This document shows, one piece after another, positions 9,114 through 17,530 of a stretch of 64,000 nucleotides of DNA (its first letter is position 1; each line of letters opens with the position of its first letter). The translations under genes and the position numbers were made by a program. The notes beneath the pieces were generated by a model, which saw nothing but the letters and a program-made list of their open reading frames with translations, was not told where the DNA came from and made no database searches. This DNA is from an uncultured Gammaproteobacteria bacterium. Lineage in GTDB: Bacteria > Patescibacteriota > Patescibacteriia > UBA9934 > CAZDDW01. The stretch spans positions 147,755 to 211,754 of the forward strand of contig OZ246408.1 of assembly GCA_965231015.1 (NCBI GenBank). The letters are read 5' to 3'.

Positions 9114-9150
9114 CCCCGAGCGGACGCGACGCACATCGCTTCGCTCGGGG
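9114..9150. repeat. conserved nested-hairpin motif copy 1 (ccccgagcgg-acgcgacgcacatcgc-...cgctcgggg)
   Basis: One of three near-identical ~37-nt elements, each lying 70-305 bp past the stop of a GC-rich ORF. Confidence 0.75.
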
Positions 9151-9172
9151 CCTCGATTGAGAATAGGAAATA

Positions 9173-9234
9173 GGTAAAAGGTAAAAGGATCTGAAAATCT
9201 GATTTTCTTACCTCTAACCCTTTACCCTTTCCCC
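9173..9234. repeat. hairpin built from ggtaaaaggtaaaagg / cctctaaccctttaccctttcccc tracts (same family as the tracts flanking the Avd-like gene)
   Basis: Direct reading. The central gaaaatc-t-gattttc is itself a palindrome. Confidence 0.6.
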
Positions 9235-9352
9235 TTCTGAATTGAGGCAACCGGGAAGTTTCTCTCGGTGACTCAAAGTGAAAACAAAACTCGGATTTAG
9301 CCACCCGGGTTTGAGAATGATCAGGTTGGCGACCTGAAAACGAGGAGAAAAG

Positions 9353-10372
9353 ATGTTCCAAATGACTATCAACGTTGCGGTCATGTTCTCGAAGTTCTTC
9401 AGCCCCGCCGACCGCGAGGCGGTGCTGGAGGCCATCCCGGCCGACGCCAAGAAGGTGCTGTTCGTGGACACGGGCGCCACGCCCGTGCTGGCGGACACGA
9501 TCCGCGTGCTCTTCGAGCGCGGGATCGAGGTGGTCGTCCGAGACCACCACCGTGGCGAGGGCAGGACGCCCGAGGCCGCGGAGGCGATCGAGAAGATCCT
9601 GGGCGACAACGCCCGGATCGTCTCGCGCGATGAGGCACCGGCGTGTGCCTCTCTCGTCGAGATCGCCGAGTTCGCCGAGGTCGGGACGGTCATCGTGGCC
9701 GATCCGGACCCGGACGGCCTGACCGCGGCCATGAAGGCGGCCGGCGTGACCTACGACGGCCTGGACCGCGACGCCGCGGTGCTCGACGGGCCGCGGTCCG
9801 AGCAGACCGCTGACCGGCTCTCGGATCTGGCGGTCCTGTTGACGAAGGGGATGGCGACCTTGCCCCCCTTCAACCCCAAGCGGCCGGAGGGGGGCGAGAA
9901 GGCGAAGAGCGAACACTTCGGAGAGTTTGTTGCCGCCACCCAGGGCGACGAGCAGGCCGTCGAGGCCTTGACCAAGAAGGTCGAGGTCTACGAGGTGCAG
10001 GTCTCGGAGGCCGAGCGCCTGGCCACCCGCGCCGAACAGATCCTGCCCGGCGTCTGGCTGGTCGACTGCCGCACCGGCGGCAGGTTCGACCTGGCCACGC
10101 TGGCCAAGGAGATCGAGTCCCGCCCCGGCTGCATCTGCACGGTGCAGATCAAGGGTATGGGTCCGATCGCAGCGGCCTGCGGGGGGATCCAGTACTCCTT
10201 GGCGGTGGTGAAGAGCCATCAGGCCGAGCTGGATCTCCGGAGCCTGGTCCCGGACGGCGCCGAGTCGAGCCCGGCAGCCGGACTCATCTCGAACACCTCC
10301 TTCCTCCTGCATGTGAGCCAGGAGAGGTGGATCCAGGAGATCGAGCCGGCGCTGCGCGCCCGGCTCGGCTAG
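9353..10372 (+). CDS. hypothetical protein, GC-rich island ORF 2
   Basis: SD aggagaaaag before ATG. 339 aa, GC ~67%. Contains DHH, DPDPD and EHFGEF segments. No confident family. Confidence 0.5.
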   Translation: MFQMTINVAVMFSKFFSPADREAVLEAIPADAKKVLFVDTGATPVLADTIRVLFERGIEVVVRDHHRGEGRTPEAAEAIEKILGDNARIVSRDEAPACASLVEIAEFAEVGTVIVADPDPDGLTAAMKAAGVTYDGLDRDAAVLDGPRSEQTADRLSDLAVLLTKGMATLPPFNPKRPEGGEKAKSEHFGEFVAATQGDEQAVEALTKKVEVYEVQVSEAERLATRAEQILPGVWLVDCRTGGRFDLATLAKEIESRPGCICTVQIKGMGPIAAACGGIQYSLAVVKSHQAELDLRSLVPDGAESSPAAGLISNTSFLLHVSQERWIQEIEPALRARLG

Positions 10373-10673
10373 TCCGGTTCACCTTTTCACGCGCAAGGGG
10401 TCGCGGGGAAAAGGGAAAGAAGAATGCTGCCGGTGCTGTGAAGCCGAAAGGTGGAGCTAGGCAGTAAAACCCCCCCAATCCTACAGATAGAGAGGATCTT
10501 CTATGATTGTAGGAAAACGCCACCGGTTAAGGCGTGATAATACAAATACCGGCTAATGGCCTTCGCCAAGGCTACACCGACGTATCGTGAACTTGTGGCG
10601 ACAAGTTATACGACAGTTGGTCTCTGCCAGGACCGGCCCGCAAGAGCTATATCTTGCATGCACTCGAGACATT

Positions 10674-10710
10674 CCCCGAGCGGACGCGACGCACATCGCA
10701 CCGTTCGGGG
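10674..10710. repeat. conserved nested-hairpin motif copy 2
   Basis: ccccgagcggacgcgacgcacatcgcaccgttcgggg, 302 bp after the ORF 2 stop. Confidence 0.75.
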
Positions 10711-11541
10711 ACTCGACCGAAGTCCGGAAATTTTCCGAACTTCAGTTGAGGAGAGTTAAACCAACACGCAGAGCAAACGGGCTCTGGTTAGGCCTCTTTT
10801 GGTCGCGGTTCTGTGGTGGTTCCGCGCCCCGGAGGTCTAACCGGAACCCCTTTGCCAGGGGTTGTTTATGTTTTGCTTCTAAAGTCCGTGAAATATTTCA
10901 TAGCCTTTGGAAGCGCCGTGAGGGAAATTGTTCCTTCGCGGTGTGGGGCAAGTGCTGATGCCCATTCATTCCAATTCAGCACAACTCTCATCGCCCGAAT
11001 ATCCTCTATAAGTGATAGTGTGCCTGTCATGAAATGGGGAGAATAGGGGTGATGAGATTGGAGAGCCATGAGAAAAATCATGGCCGGATGGTTGCGCAGC
11101 TCGAGCGGCATTCTTGTCGCGGGCTGTCTGCCATACGGACCGGTCCTGTGGGCGACATTGCTCACCTGTTTGGACCCCGCGTGCCGGCACCACGAGCCGG
11201 CAGCGCGGATCGTCACCCGCAAGTAGGTGATGATATCCGTAAGTCGCGATGCCCGGTGCGTTATCCGGGGAGGTCCTTTTCAGGGCCGGTGGCCGACGAG
11301 CCAAAGCGGGGCACCGCATGAAAAGCAGGGGGCGAGTCGGTTGCACACCGACCGCTCCCTTTCCACATCAGCGCGGAGACTCTAGCTCTCTTGCTGGCCG
11401 CCTTGTTTCCTAAGAGGCGTAACAGCCGCCGCTCTGATGTGGCCGCGTGAACATGCGTTCGCGCGGAAAACAGCCCCCGCCTATATCCGGAACGGGTCTG
11501 GATGAAATGGCAAGGGCAAACCGCATGAAAGGAGAAACAAC

Positions 11542-13773
11542 ATGCGGTGTTACACATGGTCCGGGGGCGAGCTCCGAGAGGGGCTCGCTCTGACCCAGGA
11601 CGATCGGCTCGGGCCGGTTGTGTTCCTGGGCGAGGCCGGGCGCGGCCGACGCTACGAAAAGGTAGCGCTCGGTCGGCGCGCTCCGGCCGAGGTGATCAAC
11701 GGGCGCGTGCTCGACGCGCACCCGGCCAAGATCACCCTGCCACCCCGGGACGGGAAGCCCGAGAAGAGCTTCTACGTCCTGGAGAAGCCGCGCCAGCACG
11801 GCGGTGACGCCGTGCTCGTGCGGGTGTACACGTACACGTCGTACATCCGCGGCGGGCGGGGATGTTGGCGGAGGATCGCCGGTGAGCCCATGACCCTGAT
11901 CTCCGGCTACGGCGCCTTCGGCGCTGCCGGCCGGGTCGGGAGCTGGGACGACGGGCTGATCGTCCTCCGCCACGGCGACGTGTTGCGCGTGTCCCCTTCG
12001 CGGGGACAGCACAGCTACGCGCTGTGGCTCGAGGCCGGCCGGCCGGTCACGGCCACCTGGCAGGACTACGAGAACCTCCAGGCGGTCGAGAAGGCCCAGC
12101 AGGTGCTCGAGCAGGCGGCGGAGACGCCCGAGGATCTCGATGTGATCTTCGGCCAGATGCGGACGTTCACGTTCGCGGGTGGCCAGATCACGGCGGGGCT
12201 AAAGGTGACGAAGGGCGCCACCGGCCCGGTCATCGCGTTCGGCGAGTCCGGACGCGGGCGTTCGCTCGTCGAGGTGCCCCTGGTCGGCCTCGACGTCACC
12301 AAGCAGAGCGACAACTACGGTCGCGAGAGCGAAGTGGTCGAGACGGCCAGCGTGGTCAAGCTCGACGAGAAGGCGGCGCCGGCGCGGTACAGCTGGGAGC
12401 AGCCCAAGGTCAATACGATCTACGGGCTCACCCAGACGGGCAAGTCGGAGGACGCCTTCCTCGTCCGCGTGTCGACCGCCGGCCCCTACACCAAGGGGAC
12501 CACCGGCACCGTCGACCCGTGGAAGGGCTCGCCCGTGGTCATCACCTCGGGCAGCGGTGCCCACGGTGACGCCGGCCGCGTCGGCGGGTGGGACGACGTC
12601 CTGCTCGTCGTGCGGGAGGGTGACGTGCTCTTCGTCCGCTCCGAAGGGGGCTACAAGAGCGCGGGTCCGTGGGCGCTGTACGTCGAGGGCGGCGAGCTCA
12701 AGGTCGAGTTCTGGCAGGAGTGGAAGCTCCGCGACGCCAAGAACGACCCCGAGTTCTACGTCGCCCAGCGCACCGCGCCGATGGGCCACACCCCCTCGGA
12801 GTGGGTCGGCCAGGTCGTGACGGTCTGCTACCTCTCGCAGGGGCAGTCCGGCTGTGGCCCGACCAAGACCTACCTCGAGGACCGCGCCACGGGCGAGCTC
12901 GTCCGGATCGGGCAGGAGTCGGTCGTCCTCAACCTCGGTTGGGACGGCAAGGACTACCACGAGTCCACCATCGGTGGTTCGTGGGTCAAGCTCGAGAAGG
13001 ACAAGCAGGTCCGGAAGCTCGACGGTGAGGAGGCGGAGAAGCGCAAGCAGATCCGCACCGAGGCCGAGGAGTTGAAGGACAAGGCCATCCTGGCCACGAA
13101 GCAGAGCCACTTCGAGCTGGCCGAGGCCACCTTGCGCCGCCAGGTGCAGGAGATCGCGCAGGAGTCAGGGTTCGACACCATGTCCACCGAGGGCTGGTAC
13201 GACTCCCTCACCTCCTGGGTCGAGAAGGCCAAGGCCGTGGTCGAGAAATGGCAGGCGACCGAGGCCGAGCTCAAGACGCTCGAGGAGCGCAAGAGCTCGG
13301 GTGAGGTGCTCGTGGACTTCGGCGGCCACTTCCGCGTGATGGGTGCCACCGGCAACGCCCAGTACTGGGTGATCATGCCGGACGGCTCCGAGCGCGACCC
13401 CGACGAGGTGGAGTACCGAAAGCGGTATACCTCGGAGGGGAGCAAAAAGTGGCGGCTGGTCGGTCCCGGGGAGCTGGCGATTTCGTGGTTCAAGGCCTAC
13501 ACGGCCGCGGACCACGAGTTTGTCGTCGACAAGCTCCCCGAGGGTGGTTGCACCGCGGAACAGCTCGTCACGGTTGAGCGCCTCGAGCGCGAGATCGACG
13601 AGCGATTCCGTGGCAGTGTCGGTTGCTCCGGGCAGTCTAGCCCGGACATCGGCCGTGGCTGGGATCTACAGCCAGCCCCCACCCCCACCGCCCCCGTGGT
13701 CGAGTCTACCGGGACGTCCGACTCTTCGGAGCCGGATCTCTCGAGTCTGCTCGGCAAGTGGGGCCGCCGCTAA
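11542..13773 (+). CDS. hypothetical protein with internal duplicated domain, GC-rich island ORF 3
   Basis: SD aaaggag before ATG. 743 aa. Two homologous segments (GYGAFGAAGRVGSWDDGLIVLRHGDVLRV and GSGAHGDAGRVGGWDDVLLVVREGDVLFV). Coiled-coil-like central region. Confidence 0.55.
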   Translation: MRCYTWSGGELREGLALTQDDRLGPVVFLGEAGRGRRYEKVALGRRAPAEVINGRVLDAHPAKITLPPRDGKPEKSFYVLEKPRQHGGDAVLVRVYTYTSYIRGGRGCWRRIAGEPMTLISGYGAFGAAGRVGSWDDGLIVLRHGDVLRVSPSRGQHSYALWLEAGRPVTATWQDYENLQAVEKAQQVLEQAAETPEDLDVIFGQMRTFTFAGGQITAGLKVTKGATGPVIAFGESGRGRSLVEVPLVGLDVTKQSDNYGRESEVVETASVVKLDEKAAPARYSWEQPKVNTIYGLTQTGKSEDAFLVRVSTAGPYTKGTTGTVDPWKGSPVVITSGSGAHGDAGRVGGWDDVLLVVREGDVLFVRSEGGYKSAGPWALYVEGGELKVEFWQEWKLRDAKNDPEFYVAQRTAPMGHTPSEWVGQVVTVCYLSQGQSGCGPTKTYLEDRATGELVRIGQESVVLNLGWDGKDYHESTIGGSWVKLEKDKQVRKLDGEEAEKRKQIRTEAEELKDKAILATKQSHFELAEATLRRQVQEIAQESGFDTMSTEGWYDSLTSWVEKAKAVVEKWQATEAELKTLEERKSSGEVLVDFGGHFRVMGATGNAQYWVIMPDGSERDPDEVEYRKRYTSEGSKKWRLVGPGELAISWFKAYTAADHEFVVDKLPEGGCTAEQLVTVERLEREIDERFRGSVGCSGQSSPDIGRGWDLQPAPTPTAPVVESTGTSDSSEPDLSSLLGKWGRR

Positions 13774-13943
13774 CCGAATCCCGTTCGGGCCCATGACGGC
13801 TCGGACGGGAACTATTCTTTCGGCCGAAAACTAAGAAGAGTAATGCCGTAAACTATGCTCTTCTGCGGACTATTCGTCCGTCCGCGCAAGCGGTAACAGA
13901 ATCGGCACTCCCCGGGCCGCCGCAAGGCCCGGTGCACATACAT

Positions 13944-13981
13944 CCCCGAGCGGTTGCGATTGCACATCGCGCCGCTCGGGG
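13944..13981. repeat. conserved nested-hairpin motif copy 3
   Basis: ccccgagcggttgcgattgcacatcgcgccgctcgggg, 170 bp after the ORF 3 stop. The loop shows coupled ac-to-tt and ac-to-at substitutions relative to copies 1 and 2. Confidence 0.75.
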
Positions 13982-14031
13982 CCTTAACTAAGATTGGGAA
14001 GTGATTCACAATCTTTAATAGGAGGTGAGAC

Positions 14032-14421
14032 TTGATCAGATTAACTCTGACGAGCGGACCGTACGCGGAACGCTCACGAAGCTTCTCGGACAAGATCGCG
14101 GATGACGGATCCGTTGTTGACGCGAACGAGCTTCTTGGATCTCTCGTCAACCACGGCTGGTCCTGGGAGATAGATCTTTCTTCTGCTAGCGCGGAAGAAT
14201 CCTTCATCTGGGGACGAGCCGACATGGTCGCGCGCATTGTTCGGGCGGTCATGGAGCGAAGACCGGTCTGGGTTTTGACCCGCCGGTTCGAGCCCATCGG
14301 TGATCCGTCCACGATCGTGGGAATGATCGAGGACGAGATCGTCGAAAGCGGGCGACTTGTTTACGTGGCTTCGGATGACGAACGAGGTGTTGTCATCGGG
14401 GCGCACGGGTACGAGGAATGA
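14032..14421 (+). CDS. hypothetical protein, GC-rich island ORF 4 (TTG start)
   Basis: SD aggagg 6 nt before a TTG start codon. 129 aa. Followed by the hairpin cccaacgttc...acgttggg at 14436-14472. Confidence 0.4.
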   Translation: MIRLTLTSGPYAERSRSFSDKIADDGSVVDANELLGSLVNHGWSWEIDLSSASAEESFIWGRADMVARIVRAVMERRPVWVLTRRFEPIGDPSTIVGMIEDEIVESGRLVYVASDDERGVVIGAHGYEE

Positions 14422-14579
14422 CCCGCCTTAACTCGCCCAACGTTCTTGAGGAGGATGAACGTTGGGCAAATCCACAAGTTCAGCAAATCAAATATCTGGC
14501 GGATGAGCCCTGAGCTCTCTCGCCAGGAGGAATTTGTCATTTGTTTGGCTCTGCTGGACTTGTGGATTTGAGCTTAATT

Positions 14580-14632
14580 TAGCCTAAATATCTTTGTCAG
14601 GTCTTGACAAACTTAAAAAAATATGGTATAGT
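14580..14632 (+). promoter_or_regulatory. promoter of the tagcctaaa...TCTTGACAAA-N17-TGgTATAGT family
   Basis: tagcctaaatatctttgtcaggtcTTGACAaacttaaaaaaatatggTATAGT. The upstream half matches the repeats flanking the DGR at 45365 and 48405. Confidence 0.7.
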
Positions 14633-14638
14633 GTGAGC

Positions 14639-14801
14639 GTTACAATCAAAGAGTTGAGAGAGCCCTGGTCCAGGGAAAAGGACAAATGCAAGAAACGGTA
14701 AATGTATACATGTATAAATTGATACATTGATACATTGATACATCTGTTCTTGCGAAACCGGATTTGGTTACCTCTCACGAGTTAATTAAATCCGGTTTTT
14801 T
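14639..14801 (+). ncRNA. small RNA module copy 2 (~160 nt), unclassified
   Basis: Terminator aaaccggattt...aaatccggtt plus ttttt. Contains gagagagccctggtccaggg and three tandem gatacatt units plus tgtatacat. Confidence 0.55.
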
Positions 14802-15770
14802 CATAAGCACAGATCTGAGGAGGAGAGCTCTGACACTAAACTTGAGGAGGGAGGTGTCGGGTGGTATTCAAGTGATTAATCCCGGTTTAACCCGTTCGAC
14901 GGGTTTTAGCTGGCACTATTCACACGCACGAATACCTGGTGGATATACCAACTGCTTGCAGTAGGTCAAGGTCCACATGCCCCTCAGTTCTGTGCTTGGG
15001 AAACCTAGCACCCTATGGCGTGGCCTTATGCTAGTAGTCTAGTAAGGTAAAATAAGTCGGGTGGAAGTCCCGGCCACGCCTGCAAAAATTCCGCCCAGTC
15101 AACAGACCGGGCGTGAAGATATATAAACAAATTTCAGAAAGGAGAAGATTGAAGTACTGAAAGGGTTGCAGGTTAACCCGCCCAAAAAACCTGATCGGGA
15201 TTTGGGACATGGTCGAGCCCGGATTCTAGACGCAAGACCAAAGGGACTATGAAGACGCCCTGCCAATCGAGCCCGTTACGTCATGGGCTGGCAAAAAGTA
15301 TCTTCGTCAAATTTTACAACCGGTGAATCAGGAGGAAGAAATCCGCTAGAGGATCAATCCGTTTGGCAAATCAATCAGATGGTTGAGTTGTGCCAAGAGA
15401 GGATCGGTGAATGCAGAAGGATTGAAGGTCGCTCGGGGGCTTGTTGCTAAGCTACCCGCCCGGGCGATAGTAAAAAACAACCTCGTTAATTCGAGGGTCA
15501 GGGTAGTCGGCGGAGCATGAGGTACTTGTGCTGGAACGTTAGGAACGCCTAAGGATAAAACCGGTGGCTAGTACGAAGCAAACCCAGCATAAAGGCCGTG
15601 CCGAAATTCCGGTACCCGTCGTCAGGTTCGCACCCAAACATGTCGGGCGTCACCTGCCCGTTAAATCCGTCTAGCCAACGGAAGTGGTGAGCCAAGGGGA
15701 AGCAGATCCCCCAGTGAGATTACTTTGGCCCGTGCAACACAAGCACTAACGTGTTGCACGGGCCTTTTCC
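14802..15770 (+). ncRNA. ORF-free ~0.95 kb region with extensive hairpins ending in a terminator-like perfect 12-bp stem (15729-15762) plus ccttttcc; candidate large structured RNA, family not identified
   Basis: No ORF of 60 aa or more on either strand between 14965 and 15890, in an otherwise tightly packed genome. The terminal stem is cccgtgcaacac/gtgttgcacggg. Confidence 0.3.
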
Positions 15771-15890
15771 TAAGAGCTTGATACAATTGAATCGAGCGTT
15801 TGGGTGAACATTCACACATGGGTATCACTTAAATGGTTAAAACAAAAAACCCCACAAAGTGAGAGTTTGTTCTCCATAATAAGAATTTTA

Positions 15891-16199
15891 TCAACTCTGC
15901 GGAAACGGTTCGAGTTCTAAGATTCGCCGAGCGTCATCCTCAGTAATCACAGAACGTTCGACCAGGATTTCAAGAGTGGCAGCTAATTTACGATCTTCCT
16001 TGCGAACCAATACTACAAGATCACCACGTAAGTCAGAGAGTTTTTCATCCAAGTAGTCCTTAGTGACCATAGTTGACTCAACCTTGTTTAGTCTTGATTC
16101 AACACCATCAAAACGATCGTCAACATGAGTTGAGAAATCGTTAATGGCCTCTAAAATTTCATTTTTTACAGCATCTTCCATACAAAGATAAAATATCAT
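15891..16199 (-). CDS. hypothetical protein (host-like GC)
   Basis: 102-aa ORF. Low confidence. Confidence 0.4.
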   Translation of the reverse strand: MIFYLCMEDAVKNEILEAINDFSTHVDDRFDGVESRLNKVESTMVTKDYLDEKLSDLRGDLVVLVRKEDRKLAATLEILVERSVITEDDARRILELEPFPQS

Positions 16200-16225
16200 G
16201 GTTCATTGATTTCGACAAGAAATCA

Positions 16226-16340
16226 CCCCATCTAAGTTCTCCAGCCTTTGCCAAGGCTTCGGCCGGCAAGTGGCGAGCTTGAGACCTTGGACGGAGGAAT
16301 GATCCTTCAAAGATTCAACCCACAGTGGAGTAATTCCGCA
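16226..16340. repeat. 115-bp perfect direct repeat, left copy
   Basis: accccatctaagttctccagcctttgccaaggcttcggccggcaagtggcgagcttgagaccttggacggaggaatgatccttcaaagattcaacccacagtggagtaattccgc. It is identical to 17243-17357. Confidence 0.9.
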
Positions 16341-17188
16341 TGGAGCGGAACAGAAACACTGGAGTCGTGATGAAGAATGCCATGATGAAGAATGCCATGA
16401 TGATCTTGACCGTTACAGTATTCACCTTCTGCCTCGGCTGCCTGGACTACGATCTGGTATCCGTCGAGGATGTCGGCGACGAGCACGACCTGGATCAGGT
16501 CGATCCGTCCGACGACGACCCCGATATTGGCGAGCCCCATGCTGTACCCAACGGCGACGAGTACGATTTGCCCGAGGGTGACGATGACACGATCAATCCC
16601 GAGGTCATGTGCGGCATGTACATTGATGACGGGTACTTCGGTACCCCCAACGCCGTCTATGTCGAGAGTCAGCCCATCTGGGGACGTTTGAGCCCGGACG
16701 TGGTCGAGATCAGTCAGGGTGACACGGTGGAGTTGAGCTACGTGATCTTGAACACTCCGTGCGCCGACATCGAGGTCAACTCCATGTTCATCGGAGTATA
16801 CGACTGGTCCAATCCCGAATGGCTCTGGGACCTGTTCGAAGCCTCGATCAGTATGGAGCTCGAGGAGACCTCGACAGGTGACCAGTTCACCCCACACGTC
16901 CCGGTTAACATGTTCGTGACCCCCACCGGCGACCAGCTTCACTATATCTGGAATAGTGATAACGGTCCCTACACCAACTGGGGATCCACACACATGGATG
17001 ATCTGGTCTTCACTCCCGGACAGGCCGAGGTGTTCACCTTCATCTTCACGGCCACAGAGTTCGCGCCAATCGGTAGTGAGTTTGAGATCAGTCTGACCGA
17101 ACTCACTTGGACCGACGTCACCACTGGGCACGACATCATGTCCTACCCATTCTGGGACGTGGCGACAACGGTTCGCGTTGTCGACTAG
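16340..17188 (+). CDS. hypothetical acidic secreted/lipoprotein-like protein (GC-rich)
   Basis: 282 aa. N-terminal hydrophobic segment ILTVTVFTFCLGC, then a highly acidic region. A 15-bp tandem duplication (atgaagaatgccatg x2) sits at the 5' end. The SD lies inside the direct repeat. Confidence 0.55.
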   Translation: MERNRNTGVVMKNAMMKNAMMILTVTVFTFCLGCLDYDLVSVEDVGDEHDLDQVDPSDDDPDIGEPHAVPNGDEYDLPEGDDDTINPEVMCGMYIDDGYFGTPNAVYVESQPIWGRLSPDVVEISQGDTVELSYVILNTPCADIEVNSMFIGVYDWSNPEWLWDLFEASISMELEETSTGDQFTPHVPVNMFVTPTGDQLHYIWNSDNGPYTNWGSTHMDDLVFTPGQAEVFTFIFTATEFAPIGSEFEISLTELTWTDVTTGHDIMSYPFWDVATTVRVVD

Positions 17189-17242
17189 CTCACCACAACA
17201 CCGACATTCCGTCGGTCCCGCCCTCTGTCACTTCTCGACATC

Positions 17243-17357
17243 AGGGCACCCCATCTAAGTTCTCCAGCCTTTGCCAAGGCTTCGGCCGGCAAGTGGCGAG
17301 CTTGAGACCTTGGACGGAGGAATGATCCTTCAAAGATTCAACCCACAGTGGAGTAAT
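17243..17357. repeat. 115-bp perfect direct repeat, right copy
   Basis: Identical to 16226-16340. Followed by the hairpin gttccgga...tccggaac. Confidence 0.9.
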
Positions 17358-17530
17358 TCCGCGCGGCACATCCGTTCCGGAGTCACTCGATTCCGGAACA
17401 TCCAAAAACACAGCAATTTGACGAAAAATCTTACGCTCTCTCGCAAGATCTTTCGCCTGAATCTGCTGTGTTTTTGTTTGAGTAAACGCGGCCAAAATGT
17501 TACACTTAGAGCATTAAATAAGCTTATTTT

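Noticed and set aside
8441-10312. 623-aa minus-strand ORF spanning the GC-rich island. Similar long minus-strand ORFs at 11410..12012 and 12199..13110 are covered by the same reasoning.
   Set aside because: Arg/Gly/Leu-rich translation typical of the antisense strand of high-GC coding DNA. No SD. The plus-strand ORFs it overlaps have strong SDs and coherent composition.
2904-10372. Homology between host ORF 2904..3761 and island ORF 9353..10372
   Set aside because: Only three short shared segments, in the same order: DHH; VSDDPDT versus VADPDPD; EHFGGF versus EHFGEF. Spacing differs. This is too weak to assert without an alignment tool.
9105-13990. Integron attC interpretation of the three conserved hairpins
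   Set aside because: No RYYYAAC / GTTRRRY core sites at the element ends, no paired extrahelical-base architecture, and no integron integrase in the window. The cassette-like layout is kept only as a descriptive analogy.
14802-15770. tmRNA or SRP RNA identity for the ORF-free region
   Set aside because: There is a partial GGAAGCAG match to SRP domain IV and GC-rich 5' segments, but no tRNA-like 3' end (no GGUUCGAxUCC...CCA), no tag reading frame, and no SRP hairpin geometry.
17360-17530. glmS ribozyme upstream of glmS
   Set aside because: The conserved core (AGCGCCAGAACUGGCAGGCGCCUG ... GACGAGG) is absent. Only a simple hairpin and a promoter-like sequence are present.
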